Positions 16,949-26,821 of a DNA stretch of 26,821 nucleotides are shown in pieces (within the stretch, counting starts at the first letter, position 1; each line of letters begins with the position of its first letter). Made by a program: the position numbers and the translations under genes. Origin of the DNA: a virus; the UHGV virus genome UHGV-0258232; one strand, written 5' to 3'. Below the pieces are notes generated by a model. The model did no database searches. It had not been told where the DNA came from and saw only the letters and a list, made by a program, of their open reading frames with translations.

Positions 16949-17389
16949 ATGGCGCGCCCAACAAAGTATCAAGAGGCGTATGCCGAACAGGCACGCAAAC
17001 TGTGCTTGCTGGGCTACACCGATGCAGAGCTTGCTGATTTCTTCGAAGTCAGTGAGTCAACTATTAACAAGTGGAAGCTTGATTATCCTGAGTTTTCGGA
17101 GTCCATAAAAAAGGGTAAGGCCGTCGCTGATGCAGAAGTTAGTGACCGTCTTTATCAACGCGCTATGGGCTTCGTGGCTCCAGACATCGATATTCGTGTT
17201 ATTGAAAACAGAATTGTCGAAACTCCGCTTGAGAAGTATTACCCGCCTGATACAACTGCCGCCATCTTCTGGCTTAAGAACCGACAGAAGGATAAATGGC
17301 GCGACAAGGTTGATCACGAGCTAACAGGCAAAGACGGCGGCGCAATTCAGATTGAAACATCACCGATGAGCACTCTGTTCGGAAAATGA
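16949..17389 (+). CDS. Terminase small subunit (146 aa)
   Basis: Position immediately upstream of and coupled to terminase large subunit; N-terminal HTH-like segment; GGAG RBS. Confidence 0.75.
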   Translation: MARPTKYQEAYAEQARKLCLLGYTDAELADFFEVSESTINKWKLDYPEFSESIKKGKAVADAEVSDRLYQRAMGFVAPDIDIRVIENRIVETPLEKYYPPDTTAAIFWLKNRQKDKWRDKVDHELTGKDGGAIQIETSPMSTLFGK

Positions 17390-18801
17390 CCTCGATTAAT
17401 CCTATCTTTGAACCGTTCATTGAGGCGCATCGCTACAAAGTCGCCAAAGGCGGTCGAGGTAGCGGTAAATCATGGGCAATTGCGAGGCTGCTTGTTGAAG
17501 CGGCGCGTCGTCAGCCAGTGCGTATTCTTTGCGCTCGTGAACTGCAAAACAGTATCAGCGATTCGGTAATCCGGCTGCTTGAAGACACCATCGAGCGTGA
17601 AGGATATTCGGCTGAGTTTGAAATTCAGCGTTCAATGATTCGTCATCTCGGAACGAATGCTGAATTCATGTTCTACGGCATCAAAAACAACCCGACGAAG
17701 ATTAAATCGCTCGAAGGTATTGATATCTGCTGGGTGGAAGAAGCGGAAGCGGTAACGAAGGAATCATGGGATATCCTGATACCAACCATCCGTAAGCCGT
17801 TCTCTGAAATATGGGTGAGCTTTAACCCGAAGAACATACTCGACGATACCTATCAGCGATTCGTCGTAAATCCTCCTGATGATATTTGCCTGTTGACGGT
17901 GAACTACACCGACAACCCGCACTTTCCTGAAGTTCTCCGTCTGGAGATGGAAGAGTGTAAACGCAGAAATCCGACACTGTATCGTCACATCTGGCTTGGT
18001 GAGCCAGTGAGCGCAAGTGATATGGCAATTATCAAACGTGAATGGCTTGAAGCCGCAACCGATGCGCACAAGAAACTCGGATGGAAAGCGAAAGGCGCTG
18101 TTGTCTCTGCGCATGACCCATCAGATACAGGGCCAGATGCTAAAGGTTATGCATCGCGTCACGGTTCGGTAGTTAAGCGCATTGCCGAAGGTCTGCTGAT
18201 GGACATCAACGAGGGTGCTGACTGGGCTACTTCGCTGGCGATTGAAGACGGCGCTGACCATTACCTGTGGGATGGTGATGGTGTTGGTGCCGGGCTACGC
18301 AGACAGACAACGGAAGCGTTTTCCGGCAAGAAAATCACCGCCACGATGTTCAAGGGCAGCGAATCGCCATTCGATGAAGATGCACCGTATCAAGCCGGAG
18401 CATGGGCTGATGAAGTCGTACAGGGTGACAACGTTCGCACTATTGGCGATGTGTTCCGCAATAAGCGAGCACAATTCTATTACGCGCTGGCTGACAGGCT
18501 GTATCTGACATATCGGGCGGTTGTCTACGGTGAGTATGCAGACCCCGACGACATGCTGAGCTTCGACAAAGAAGCGATAGGCGAGAAGATGCTGGAGAAG
18601 CTGTTTGCAGAATTGACGCAGATTCAGCGCAAATTCAATAACAACGGGAAGCTGGAGCTAATGACTAAGGTCGAAATGAAGCAGAAGCTCGGTATTCCAT
18701 CTCCTAACCTGGCTGATGCGCTGATGATGTGTATGCATTGCCCGGAGTCGGCTGCGCAACCCGACTATTCCAGTTACTCAATTCCTTGTGGTGTAGGTTG
18801 A
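17386..18801 (+). CDS. Terminase large subunit (471 aa)
   Basis: Walker A-like KGGRGSGKSWAIARLL near N-terminus, nuclease-like C-terminal half; size typical of Sf6-type large terminase. Confidence 0.9.
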   Translation: MTSINPIFEPFIEAHRYKVAKGGRGSGKSWAIARLLVEAARRQPVRILCARELQNSISDSVIRLLEDTIEREGYSAEFEIQRSMIRHLGTNAEFMFYGIKNNPTKIKSLEGIDICWVEEAEAVTKESWDILIPTIRKPFSEIWVSFNPKNILDDTYQRFVVNPPDDICLLTVNYTDNPHFPEVLRLEMEECKRRNPTLYRHIWLGEPVSASDMAIIKREWLEAATDAHKKLGWKAKGAVVSAHDPSDTGPDAKGYASRHGSVVKRIAEGLLMDINEGADWATSLAIEDGADHYLWDGDGVGAGLRRQTTEAFSGKKITATMFKGSESPFDEDAPYQAGAWADEVVQGDNVRTIGDVFRNKRAQFYYALADRLYLTYRAVVYGEYADPDDMLSFDKEAIGEKMLEKLFAELTQIQRKFNNNGKLELMTKVEMKQKLGIPSPNLADALMMCMHCPESAAQPDYSSYSIPCGVG

Positions 18802-18802
18802 T

Positions 18803-21001
18803 ATGGCAGAAAAAAAGATGACTGACTGGCATCGCAAGGTGCTGTGCAACTTTGATAATGCCTGGTCAGCAACGCAGGATATGCGTGAGCAGATTATTGA
18901 GGCTCAGCGTTTCGTCCGGGTGTCCGGCGCACAGTGGGAAGGCAGCACAAACGCTGGTTACTCATTTGATGAAGGCAGGTTTGAGCATTATCCGCGTTTT
19001 GAACTGAATAAGATTTCCCGTGAATGTGATCGCATCATTGGCGAGTATCGACAGAATCGCATCAGCGTTAAATTCAGGCCGAAGGATGACAAGGCATCGG
19101 AAGCTTTAGCCGAAAAAATGAACGGCAAATTCCGCGCTGACTATCAGGAAACATCCGGTGGCGAAGCGTGTGATAACGCATTTGATGATGCCGTAACGGG
19201 TGGATTCGGTTGTTTCCGCATGTGTGCCGATTACGAAGATGAAATGGATCCGAGTAACGAGCAGCGCCGCATCAGCCTTCTTCCTGTTTACGACCCAGCG
19301 ACATGCGTCTTCTTTGATCAGGACAGCAAGCAATATGACCGCTCTGATGCTATGTGGGCTATGGAAATGTTCTCCATGACGCCTAAAGCGTTCGAGGCTG
19401 AATACCCTGATTCCATCGCGGCAAGCCTTTCTCGTGATGACACTGGCACTCAATATGACTGGTCAACGCCAGATGCCATCTATGTTGGACGTTACTACGA
19501 AGTCCGCATAGAGAAGGTGAAGCTCACGGCGTGGCGCAACCCTGTTAGCGGAGAAACGGCAATCTATGATGAAGATCAAATCAAAGATATTGTCGACGAG
19601 CTAACCGATGGCGCATTCGAACTGATTGGTGAGCGAACGGTGAAGAAACGCCGCGTTTATTGCGGCCTTCTGTCTGGCGCTGAATGGCTGGAAGAACCGA
19701 AGCGTATTCCGGGCGAACATATTCCACTCATCCCGGTATATGGGCGTCGCTCATTTGTTGATAATCAGGAGCGAATCGAAGGCCACGCAGCAAAAGCGAT
19801 GGATGCACAGCGTCTTGAGAACCTGATGGTTTCCATGATTGCAGATAACGCCACTCAGGCTGGCGGTGATGGCATTCCTATCGTGGATGTTGATTTCATT
19901 CCCGGCCCATTAATGAATCACTGGGCAGAGAGGAATAAGAAAAGACCTGCAGTTCTTCCTATGACCAGCAAGAAGGACAAAAACGGAACAGTCATTTCAG
20001 AAGCTCAGGTTGCTGGCTGGACACCTCCGACACAAATGCCGCCAGCTCTTGCCGGGCTATTGCAGTACACCGGAACGGCTATTCAGCAAATTACAGGTGC
20101 GTCGCAGCTTGAGAACATGCCGAGCAACGTCGCTACCGATACCGTTGATAGCATCTTTAACCGGATGGACACGCAGTCCTATATCTACATGGACAACATG
20201 GCTAAATCCATGCGCCGTGCTGGCGTCGTGTGGCTTTCTATGGCTCGTGAAGTCTATGGCAGCGATACGCCAATGCGCATCGTTAATGAGGATGGCAGCG
20301 ATGACGTGGCGCTGATGACTGGTGAAGTGGTTGACCGTCAGACAGGGCAGGTTATCGCGCTTAACGACCTTTCGCAGGGTAACTATGAAGTGACTGTCGA
20401 TGTCGGTCAGTCGTTCGCTACTCGCCGTGACGCAACGGTTAAGTCGTTACTTTCCATGCTGGCACTTATCCCGCCCGGAACGCCGAAACACGACCTTGTA
20501 TCGTCGATGATCCTCGACAATATGGACGGCGAAGGGATGGACGACCTTAAAGAATACAACCGCAATCAGTTGCTTCTGTCTGGAGTTATCAAGCCGAGAA
20601 CGCCAGAAGAACAGCAGATGGTTGAGCAGGCGAAACAACAACAGGCCAGTCAGCCAGATCCGGCTATGGTTGCTGCGCAAGGTCAGCTTCTTGCTGGTCA
20701 GGCTGAATTGCAGAAAGCGCAGAACGAGCAGGCAGCCATTCAGGTTAAAGCATTCCAGGCACAGACTGATGCTCAGGTTGCAGCGGCAAATGTTGTGAAA
20801 ATCCTCGCATCTGCCGATAGCCAGCAGAAATCTGATATCCGCGAGGCTCTGAAACTGCTCGGACAGTTCCAGCAACAGCAAGGAGACAATGCCCGTGCTG
20901 ATGCAGAGCTTGTCCTGAAAAGTCAGGCACAGGGCCATGCGCAGCGCATGGACATCAGCAGCATCCTGCAAAAATCAACTCAGCAACAACCACAGCAGTA
21001 A
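18803..21001 (+). CDS. Portal protein (732 aa), P22 gp1-like
   Basis: Blocks similar to recalled P22 portal (GEHIPLIPVYG; PRTPEEQQMVEQAKQQQASQPDPAMVAAQGQLLAGQAELQKAQNEQ); long helical Gln-rich C-terminal barrel region. Confidence 0.9.
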   Translation: MAEKKMTDWHRKVLCNFDNAWSATQDMREQIIEAQRFVRVSGAQWEGSTNAGYSFDEGRFEHYPRFELNKISRECDRIIGEYRQNRISVKFRPKDDKASEALAEKMNGKFRADYQETSGGEACDNAFDDAVTGGFGCFRMCADYEDEMDPSNEQRRISLLPVYDPATCVFFDQDSKQYDRSDAMWAMEMFSMTPKAFEAEYPDSIAASLSRDDTGTQYDWSTPDAIYVGRYYEVRIEKVKLTAWRNPVSGETAIYDEDQIKDIVDELTDGAFELIGERTVKKRRVYCGLLSGAEWLEEPKRIPGEHIPLIPVYGRRSFVDNQERIEGHAAKAMDAQRLENLMVSMIADNATQAGGDGIPIVDVDFIPGPLMNHWAERNKKRPAVLPMTSKKDKNGTVISEAQVAGWTPPTQMPPALAGLLQYTGTAIQQITGASQLENMPSNVATDTVDSIFNRMDTQSYIYMDNMAKSMRRAGVVWLSMAREVYGSDTPMRIVNEDGSDDVALMTGEVVDRQTGQVIALNDLSQGNYEVTVDVGQSFATRRDATVKSLLSMLALIPPGTPKHDLVSSMILDNMDGEGMDDLKEYNRNQLLLSGVIKPRTPEEQQMVEQAKQQQASQPDPAMVAAQGQLLAGQAELQKAQNEQAAIQVKAFQAQTDAQVAAANVVKILASADSQQKSDIREALKLLGQFQQQQGDNARADAELVLKSQAQGHAQRMDISSILQKSTQQQPQQ

Positions 21002-21091
21002 TTAACCCATAACGTGCAATGGCTGTCTTTATGAGGCCTGGCACCCTATTGCCTTCCGATGGGCTGAACATCGAGTAAACAGGGGTAACAA

Positions 21092-21985
21092 ATGGACCAG
21101 ATGGCAGAAAACACACCAGAAGTTGAAATCGAAACCGACGCGTCAGAGCAGATTCCTGATGATGTCGAACTGGCTGAAAAAGTCGAAACAGAAGATGGCA
21201 GTGAGTCCTCAGGCAATGATGCAGAGGAGGCTACTGAAACTGATGACGACGAATCAGAACAGGAATTCTACTTTGGTGACGAAAAGCTGGATTCGCCAAC
21301 CAGCGAAGATGGCGCTGAGCATGGACTGGTAAAACACCTGCGCAAGACGATTAAAGAGAAAGACCGCGAGCTGAAAGAGCTGATGCGTCAGTCTCAGAAA
21401 CCCGTCGAGCAGCAGCCGGTAATCACTCAACCACCGCGAATGCCAAAACTGGATGATGAGGACATCGGTTTCGATGAAGAAATCTACCAGCAACGCATGG
21501 CTAAGTGGGCAGAGGATAATGGCAAGTACCAGCAACAGGAGATGGCTCGCAAGCAGAAGGAGCAGGAGCTTCAGGCTGCCTATCAAGAGCGATTATCCAA
21601 ATATCAGCAACGTGTTAAGGCTCTCAAAGTTCCTGGCTATCAGGAAGCTGAGCAGGCCGTACTCGAGGAAATCCCCATCGAGACACAAAACGCGATCCTG
21701 TTTGAGTCAGAGAAGCCGGAAATCGTTGTTCTGGCGCTTGGTCGCAACGCTGAACTGCGCAAGCAACTGGCAGAAGCTACCAACCCCGTAGCAATTGGTC
21801 GTCTGCTGGAACGTATCGAATCGAAGGCCAGAATCATGCCAAAAGCAAAAACCACGGCAGCCACAACCCCGACGGTTAAGGGGAGCAACGGCGCAGTAAT
21901 CAACAACCTCGACAAATTGAAAGCCAAGGCGCTGGAAACTGGTGACTGGACGCCGTATTTCGCCGCTAAAAAGGCAAAAAAATAA
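21092..21985 (+). CDS. Scaffolding protein (297 aa)
   Basis: Highly acidic N-terminus, coiled-coil composition, basic C-terminus; between portal and coat. Confidence 0.75.
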   Translation: MDQMAENTPEVEIETDASEQIPDDVELAEKVETEDGSESSGNDAEEATETDDDESEQEFYFGDEKLDSPTSEDGAEHGLVKHLRKTIKEKDRELKELMRQSQKPVEQQPVITQPPRMPKLDDEDIGFDEEIYQQRMAKWAEDNGKYQQQEMARKQKEQELQAAYQERLSKYQQRVKALKVPGYQEAEQAVLEEIPIETQNAILFESEKPEIVVLALGRNAELRKQLAEATNPVAIGRLLERIESKARIMPKAKTTAATTPTVKGSNGAVINNLDKLKAKALETGDWTPYFAAKKAKK

Positions 21986-22003
21986 CCTATCGGAGCATTA
22001 AGC

Positions 22004-23257
22004 ATGGATAACCAATTAGCAAAAGACCTTGAAATCATGTTCGAAAACTACGTTGAAGGCTTTGAGGCCGCCTGCGTAGTTTCCCGTAACGCTAAAAAAT
22101 TCCGTCCCGGTGATACAGCAATGCAGCGAGCAGGTGATGTTCTGTATCGTCCGCAGCATTACCACATGAACATTGAGGAAGGCCTCGACCTCAGCAGCAA
22201 AACGCCAACAGCACTGGTTCAGCGCCTTGTTCCTTCAGTGTTCAAGGAGCCGAAAAACATTCTGTACACTCTGGATGCGCGTGAAATGCGTGACCCTGAG
22301 CATAAAACTGAAGCTGGTCGCGCCGCAGGTATGCGCCTTGCTGCACAGATTGACTCTGACCTGATTTCCATGGTCACGCAGCGTGCTACTAACGTGATCA
22401 CAATGGCTGACTCAACCACTGGTTCACAGGGCCGTGATTTGTGGAACTGTGCGGCAGGTATTGATGCCACCATGACGGCGATTGGTGTGCCACAGGGTAT
22501 CAACCGCCGCTCTTTTTGGAACCCCTTCAACTACAAAGACCTTGCTGGCGAGCTTGGTCACCGAGCCTACGCTCAGGGCGCAACCCTGACAGCATACGAA
22601 AAAGCGCAGATCCCTCCGGTTGCTTCCTTTGATAGCTACAAGACCGATATTTCTGGTCGATTACCGAAAGGAAGCACTGAATCCTTGACAGTATCAGGCC
22701 AACCTGAACACAAGGTTGAAGCGAAAGATTCAAATGGTATGCCAGTTGATAACCGACAGGGGACTATTACGGTATCTGCATCTGGCTTGCAGGTTGGTGA
22801 TGCGTTCACCATTGCCGGTGTGAATTCCGTACACCAGATCACAAAAGATACCACCGGTCAACCGCAGGTATTCCGTGTTCTGGCTGTTAGCGGAACTACC
22901 GTAACAATTTCTCCAAAGATTCTCCCTGTTGAAAATACTGATGTTGCGAGTCGTCCATATGCAAACGTCGATGCCAAACCGGCAGAATCAGCAGCAATCA
23001 CCATTCTCAACAAGAACGCAGCACCTGCTAACCTGTTCTGGGCTGATGGTTCTGTTGAACTGATGTACGGCAAACTGGCGTTCCCAACTGGTCAGGGTCC
23101 ACAGGTAATGACAGCAACCACCGAGCAGGGCGCTACGCTGATCATGTCTTACTCCTTCGACCACATCAAAGGCGTAACCACTGCGCGTTTCACCACTCTG
23201 TACGGTTGCTCTGTACTGGTTCCTGAATATACGGGCATCGTTATTGCTGGGCAGTAA
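22004..23257 (+). CDS. Major capsid (coat) protein (417 aa), P22 gp5-like
   Basis: Position and size; C-terminal blocks resembling recalled P22 coat (YANVDAK...ILNKNAAPANLFWADGSVELMYG). Confidence 0.85.
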   Translation: MDNQLAKDLEIMFENYVEGFEAACVVSRNAKKFRPGDTAMQRAGDVLYRPQHYHMNIEEGLDLSSKTPTALVQRLVPSVFKEPKNILYTLDAREMRDPEHKTEAGRAAGMRLAAQIDSDLISMVTQRATNVITMADSTTGSQGRDLWNCAAGIDATMTAIGVPQGINRRSFWNPFNYKDLAGELGHRAYAQGATLTAYEKAQIPPVASFDSYKTDISGRLPKGSTESLTVSGQPEHKVEAKDSNGMPVDNRQGTITVSASGLQVGDAFTIAGVNSVHQITKDTTGQPQVFRVLAVSGTTVTISPKILPVENTDVASRPYANVDAKPAESAAITILNKNAAPANLFWADGSVELMYGKLAFPTGQGPQVMTATTEQGATLIMSYSFDHIKGVTTARFTTLYGCSVLVPEYTGIVIAGQ

Positions 23258-23264
23258 TTTTGGT

Positions 23265-23287
23265 GGGGCTTCGGCCCCATTTTTATT
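23265..23287 (+). terminator. Rho-independent terminator after coat gene
   Basis: GGGGC-TTCG-GCCCC hairpin followed by ATTTTTATT. Confidence 0.8.
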
Positions 23288-23298
23288 GGGAGAAGACA

Positions 23299-23487
23299 AT
23301 GGCACGAACAATGCTCTATAAGCCAGGCAACATGATCACCTGCGGTCAGTTTGCTGTCGATTACATCATTGTTGATGACGAAGAAGTTAAATCTCACCTG
23401 AAAAAAGGTTGGGTAAAAACTCCTGAAGAAACCGCAACGAAGCAAAAAGTGGCTAAGGCGGAAGAAGATGGCGAAAACGAAGGGTGA
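23299..23487 (+). CDS. Small hypothetical protein (62 aa) between coat and gp4-like gene
   Basis: ATG at 23299 with GGGAGAAG RBS; overlaps next gene start by 20 nt; acidic C-terminus. Confidence 0.4.
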   Translation: MARTMLYKPGNMITCGQFAVDYIIVDDEEVKSHLKKGWVKTPEETATKQKVAKAEEDGENEG

Positions 23488-23929
23488 TCTCGTTCTAAAG
23501 GCTTTACGAAAAGCTGGGCTGTATTCCAATGCCACGTTGACAGATGCTGACCCTCAGGCAATTGAAGATGCCATTAATGACCTCGAAGACATGATGGCAG
23601 CATGGCAGGCGAAAGGTATCGAGCTTGGGTATCAGTTTGCTGATACAGAAAACGGCATCATGCCGTTACCTGACGATGATTCAGGCATCCCTGCATGGGC
23701 AAATGATGGCGTCGCTTTGAAACTCGCTGTGCAAGTGTGCATGGATAACGTCATTCAGCCGTCAGACGCTCTCCTTACCGCTGCTGACAGTGCATATCAA
23801 ACAATCTGTATCGCTTTAACCAAAATACCACCACTTGAGCGGCGAAATGACATGCCTCGCGGTAATGGTAACAAAAGCGCGTTTACGTGGAATCGGTTTT
23901 ACATCGAGAAAGATGATCCGAGTACGTGA
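23468..23929 (+). CDS. Head completion / portal-binding protein, P22 gp4-like (153 aa)
   Basis: KTKGDLVLKALRKAGL...ATLTDADPQAIEDAINDLEDMMAAW resembles recalled P22 gp4 N-terminus. Confidence 0.8.
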   Translation: MAKTKGDLVLKALRKAGLYSNATLTDADPQAIEDAINDLEDMMAAWQAKGIELGYQFADTENGIMPLPDDDSGIPAWANDGVALKLAVQVCMDNVIQPSDALLTAADSAYQTICIALTKIPPLERRNDMPRGNGNKSAFTWNRFYIEKDDPST

Positions 23930-23938
23930 GGTGAATAA

Positions 23939-25357
23939 ATGCCGATTCAGCAACTTCCGCTTATGAAAGGTGTCGGCAAAGACTTTAGAAACGCCGACTA
24001 TATCGACTATCTGCCAGTGAATATGTTGGCTACACCCAAAGAAATCCTTAACAGCAGCGGATATCTTCGCTCATTCCCGGGCATTGCCAAACGCTCTGAT
24101 GTAAACGGTGTATCGCGCGGAGTTGAGTACAACATGGCGCAGAATGCTGTTTATCGCGTGTGTGGCGGCAAGCTGTACAAAGGAGAAAGTGAAGTCGGTG
24201 ATGTTGCCGGAAGTGGTCGTGTATCAATGGCGCATGGTCGAACATCTCAGGCTGTAGGCGTTAATGGTCAACTGGTTGAGTATCGCTATGATGGCACGGT
24301 TAAAACCGTCTCAAACTGGCCTGCAGACAGCGGATTTACGCAGTATGAGTTAGGTTCAGTCCGCGACATTACACGCTTACGTGGGCGTTATGCGTGGTCA
24401 AAAGACGGCACGGATTCATGGTTTATTACTGACCTTGAAGACGAATCGCACCCTGACCGATACAGCGCACAATATCGCGCAGAATCGCAGCCTGACGGCA
24501 TTATCGGCATCGGAACATGGCGAGACTTCATTGTCTGCTTTGGTTCATCAACGATTGAATATTTCTCCATGACTGGTGCAACCACTGTTGGTGCCGCTTT
24601 GTATGTCGCACAGCCATCGCTGATGGTGCAGAAAGGTATTGCCGGGACTTACTGCAAAACGCCGTTTGCTGATTCGTATGCGTTCATCAGCAATCCGGCA
24701 ACAGGCGCGCCTTCTGTATACATCATCGGCTCCGGTCAGGTATCACCAATAGCCAGCGCGAGCATTGAGAAAATCCTCCGCTCCTACACTGCTGATGAAC
24801 TGGCTGATGGCGTGATGGAATCGTTGCGGTTTGATGCTCATGAGTTGCTGATTATTCACCTGCCGCGCCACGTCCTCGTGTACGACGCATCTTCAAGCGC
24901 CAATGGTCCGCAATGGTGTGTACTGAAAACAGGCCTGTATGACGATGTGTACCGCGCTATCGACTTCATTTACGAAGGCAACCAAATTACGTGCGGCGAT
25001 AAGCTTGAATCGATGACAGGGAAATTGCAGTTCGATATCAGCAGCCAGTACGACAGGCAACAGGAACACCTGCTGTTTACTCCGTTGTTCAAAGCGGATA
25101 ACGCCAGAGTTTTCGACCTTGAGGTTGAGTCGTCAACTGGCGTTGCGCAGTATGCTGACCGCCTTTTTCTCTCTGCAACCACTGACGGCATCAATTACGG
25201 GCGTGAGCAGATGATTGAGCAGAATGAACCGTTCGTTTACGACAAACGTGTTTTGTGGAAGCGAGTAGGGCGCATCAGGAAAAATGTCGGCTTCAAATTG
25301 CGCGTTATCACGAAGTCACCTGTCACTCTGTCTGGTTGCCAGATAAGGATTGAGTAA
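23939..25357 (+). CDS. Head completion protein, P22 gp10-like (472 aa)
   Basis: Size and position match P22 gp10 in the 5-4-10-26-14-7 order. Confidence 0.75.
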   Translation: MPIQQLPLMKGVGKDFRNADYIDYLPVNMLATPKEILNSSGYLRSFPGIAKRSDVNGVSRGVEYNMAQNAVYRVCGGKLYKGESEVGDVAGSGRVSMAHGRTSQAVGVNGQLVEYRYDGTVKTVSNWPADSGFTQYELGSVRDITRLRGRYAWSKDGTDSWFITDLEDESHPDRYSAQYRAESQPDGIIGIGTWRDFIVCFGSSTIEYFSMTGATTVGAALYVAQPSLMVQKGIAGTYCKTPFADSYAFISNPATGAPSVYIIGSGQVSPIASASIEKILRSYTADELADGVMESLRFDAHELLIIHLPRHVLVYDASSSANGPQWCVLKTGLYDDVYRAIDFIYEGNQITCGDKLESMTGKLQFDISSQYDRQQEHLLFTPLFKADNARVFDLEVESSTGVAQYADRLFLSATTDGINYGREQMIEQNEPFVYDKRVLWKRVGRIRKNVGFKLRVITKSPVTLSGCQIRIE

Positions 25358-26058
25358 TGGCTGATTCGAATCTCAATGAGCCGGTAACAATTCAGGCTAC
25401 ACGACTCGATACATCAATCCTTCCACGCAATATATTCAGCCAGTCTTACCTGCTGTATGTCATTAATCAGGGGGCTGATGTCGGCGCAATTGCCGGGAAG
25501 GCAAATCAGGCTGGTCAGGGCGCTTACGATGCCCAGGTAAAAAACGATGAACAGGATGTCGAACTGGCTGATCACGACGCAAGAATCACCGCAAACACAA
25601 AAGCGATAAATCTACTTGAGGTCAGGTTAACAACTGCCGAAGGGAAGATAGTCGTACTGCGTAGCGATGTTGATTACTTGCTGGATGAGGTTATCGATAT
25701 TCAGGCGCATCTGGTCACTGTTGACCAAAGACTGGATGACGTAGAAAACGATGTCTCTGGCATTAAGAGTGATTACGTATCGAAAACCGTAACCGAATTG
25801 CAGTCTCTTGCGTCACCGCTGGATGTAAAAACATCATATTCAGTTGATGGAATTCAGGTCGTTGGAGCAAGGCAGAGCGGATGGACTGCAGCCACAGGTA
25901 CGCCACTTCTTGGTTCATTCAACGCTAACCAGTCATACACGGTCGGCACTACGTACACACAATCCGAAGTCGCAGCTCTCGCTACAGGTTTGGAGCAGGC
26001 GCGGCAGCGTATTCTGGCGCTTGAAACAGCACTTAGATTACATGGGCTGATTGACTGA
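25357..26058 (+). CDS. Tail needle protein, P22 gp26-like (233 aa)
   Basis: N-terminus [73 protein letters not shown] matches recalled P22 gp26; trimeric coiled-coil heptads. Confidence 0.88.
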   Translation: MADSNLNEPVTIQATRLDTSILPRNIFSQSYLLYVINQGADVGAIAGKANQAGQGAYDAQVKNDEQDVELADHDARITANTKAINLLEVRLTTAEGKIVVLRSDVDYLLDEVIDIQAHLVTVDQRLDDVENDVSGIKSDYVSKTVTELQSLASPLDVKTSYSVDGIQVVGARQSGWTAATGTPLLGSFNANQSYTVGTTYTQSEVAALATGLEQARQRILALETALRLHGLID

Positions 26059-26513
26059 TGATTACATTCAAACCAACGCGAAACATCGACCTGATAGAAG
26101 CCGTAGGAAATCACCCTGACATTATCGCCGGGAGCAACAACGGTGATGGATACGACTACAAACCTGAATGCCGTTACTTTGAGGTTAACGTGCACGGTCA
26201 GTTCGGCGGCATTGTTTACTATCAGGAGATTCAGCCGCTGACATTCGATTGCCACGCCATGTACCTGCCAGAGGTTCGTGGATTCAGCAAGGAAATCGGG
26301 CTGGCGTTCTGGCGATACATTCTGACTAACACCACCGTTCAGTGCGTCACATCGTTCGCTGCACGCAAATTCCGCCACGGTCAGATGTACTGCGCAATGG
26401 TTGGCCTTAAGCGTGTAGGAACCATCAAGAAATACTTCAAAGGCGTGGATGACGTGACGTTTTACAGCGCCACACGCGAAGAACTAATCGACTTCCTGAA
26501 TCACGGGAGATAG
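26058..26513 (+). CDS. P22 gp14-position protein (151 aa)
   Basis: Track ORF, coupled to tail needle gene; assigned by synteny only. Confidence 0.55.
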   Translation: MITFKPTRNIDLIEAVGNHPDIIAGSNNGDGYDYKPECRYFEVNVHGQFGGIVYYQEIQPLTFDCHAMYLPEVRGFSKEIGLAFWRYILTNTTVQCVTSFAARKFRHGQMYCAMVGLKRVGTIKKYFKGVDDVTFYSATREELIDFLNHGR

Positions 26514-26516
26514 CCA

Positions 26517-26821
26517 TGTTATATGCATTTAAGCTGGGCAGAAAACTGCGCGGCGAGGAACCTTATTGCCCTGAAAAAGGCGGGAAAGGTGGCTCCGATA
26601 AAAGTGCAAAGTATGCCGCAGAAGCTCAGAAGTATGCCGCAGACCTGCAAAATCAGCAGTTCAACACCATCATGAATAACCTGAAGCCGTTTACTCCTCT
26701 GGCTGAGAAGTATGTCGGCAGCCTCGAGAACTTATCGTCTCTGGAAGGGCAAGGTCAGGTACTTAACCAGTATTACAACTCTCAGCAGTACAAAGATCTT
26801 GCTGGTCAGGCTCGCTATCAG
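26517..26821 (+). CDS. Ejection (internal virion) protein, P22 gp7-like, 5' partial (runs off window)
   Basis: Hand-translated MLYAFKLGRKLRGEEPYCPEKGGKGGSDKSAKYAAEAQKYAADLQNQQFNTIMNNL...; N-terminus as recalled for P22 gp7; no stop within window. Confidence 0.6.

Noticed and set aside
17764-20971. Minus-strand track ORFs inside terminase and portal genes (17764..18114, 19106..19453, 20447..20971)
   Set aside because: Antisense to long, well-supported structural genes; no RBS context; typical spurious ORFs
21254-23535. Minus-strand and alternative-frame track ORFs inside scaffold and coat genes
   Set aside because: Overlap strongly supported plus-strand structural genes; Leu-rich or low-complexity products consistent with antisense artefacts

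Overview
This window is a contiguous stretch of a mosaic lambdoid temperate phage or prophage, running from the end of the early-left operon to the first virion-internal (ejection) protein gene; integrase and attachment site are not in the window. Leftward (minus strand) early genes: Ea22/DUF551-like accessory genes, ssb, erf, a kil/arf-like ORF, cIII, a low-GC three-gene accessory cassette, and a lambda-type N with nutL. Immunity region: phage-434-type cI and cro, with OR1-3 matching the canonical 434 operators and three further ACAA-N6-TTGT sites at OL, plus a signal-peptide protein translationally coupled to cI where lambda carries rexAB. Rightward (plus strand): cII, a P22 gene-18-like initiator with internal ori iterons, a DnaB-family helicase, a nin region (ninB, E, X, F, DUF1364, rusA, ninH), lambda-type Q with PR'/tR', tRNA-Asn(GUU) and tRNA-Thr(UGU), lambda-type S-R-Rz/Rz1, then a P22/Sf6-like head module (terminase small and large subunits, portal, scaffold, coat, gp4-, gp10-, gp26-, gp14- and partial gp7-like). 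No CRISPR array, retron, RM system or large defence gene is visible. The best candidates for undescribed biology are the small low-GC accessory genes at classic moron positions (N-cIII interval, cI-downstream, helicase-ninB interval, Rz-terminase interval); none could be assigned a function from sequence alone. All homology statements are from recalled protein sequences and motifs, not database searches.
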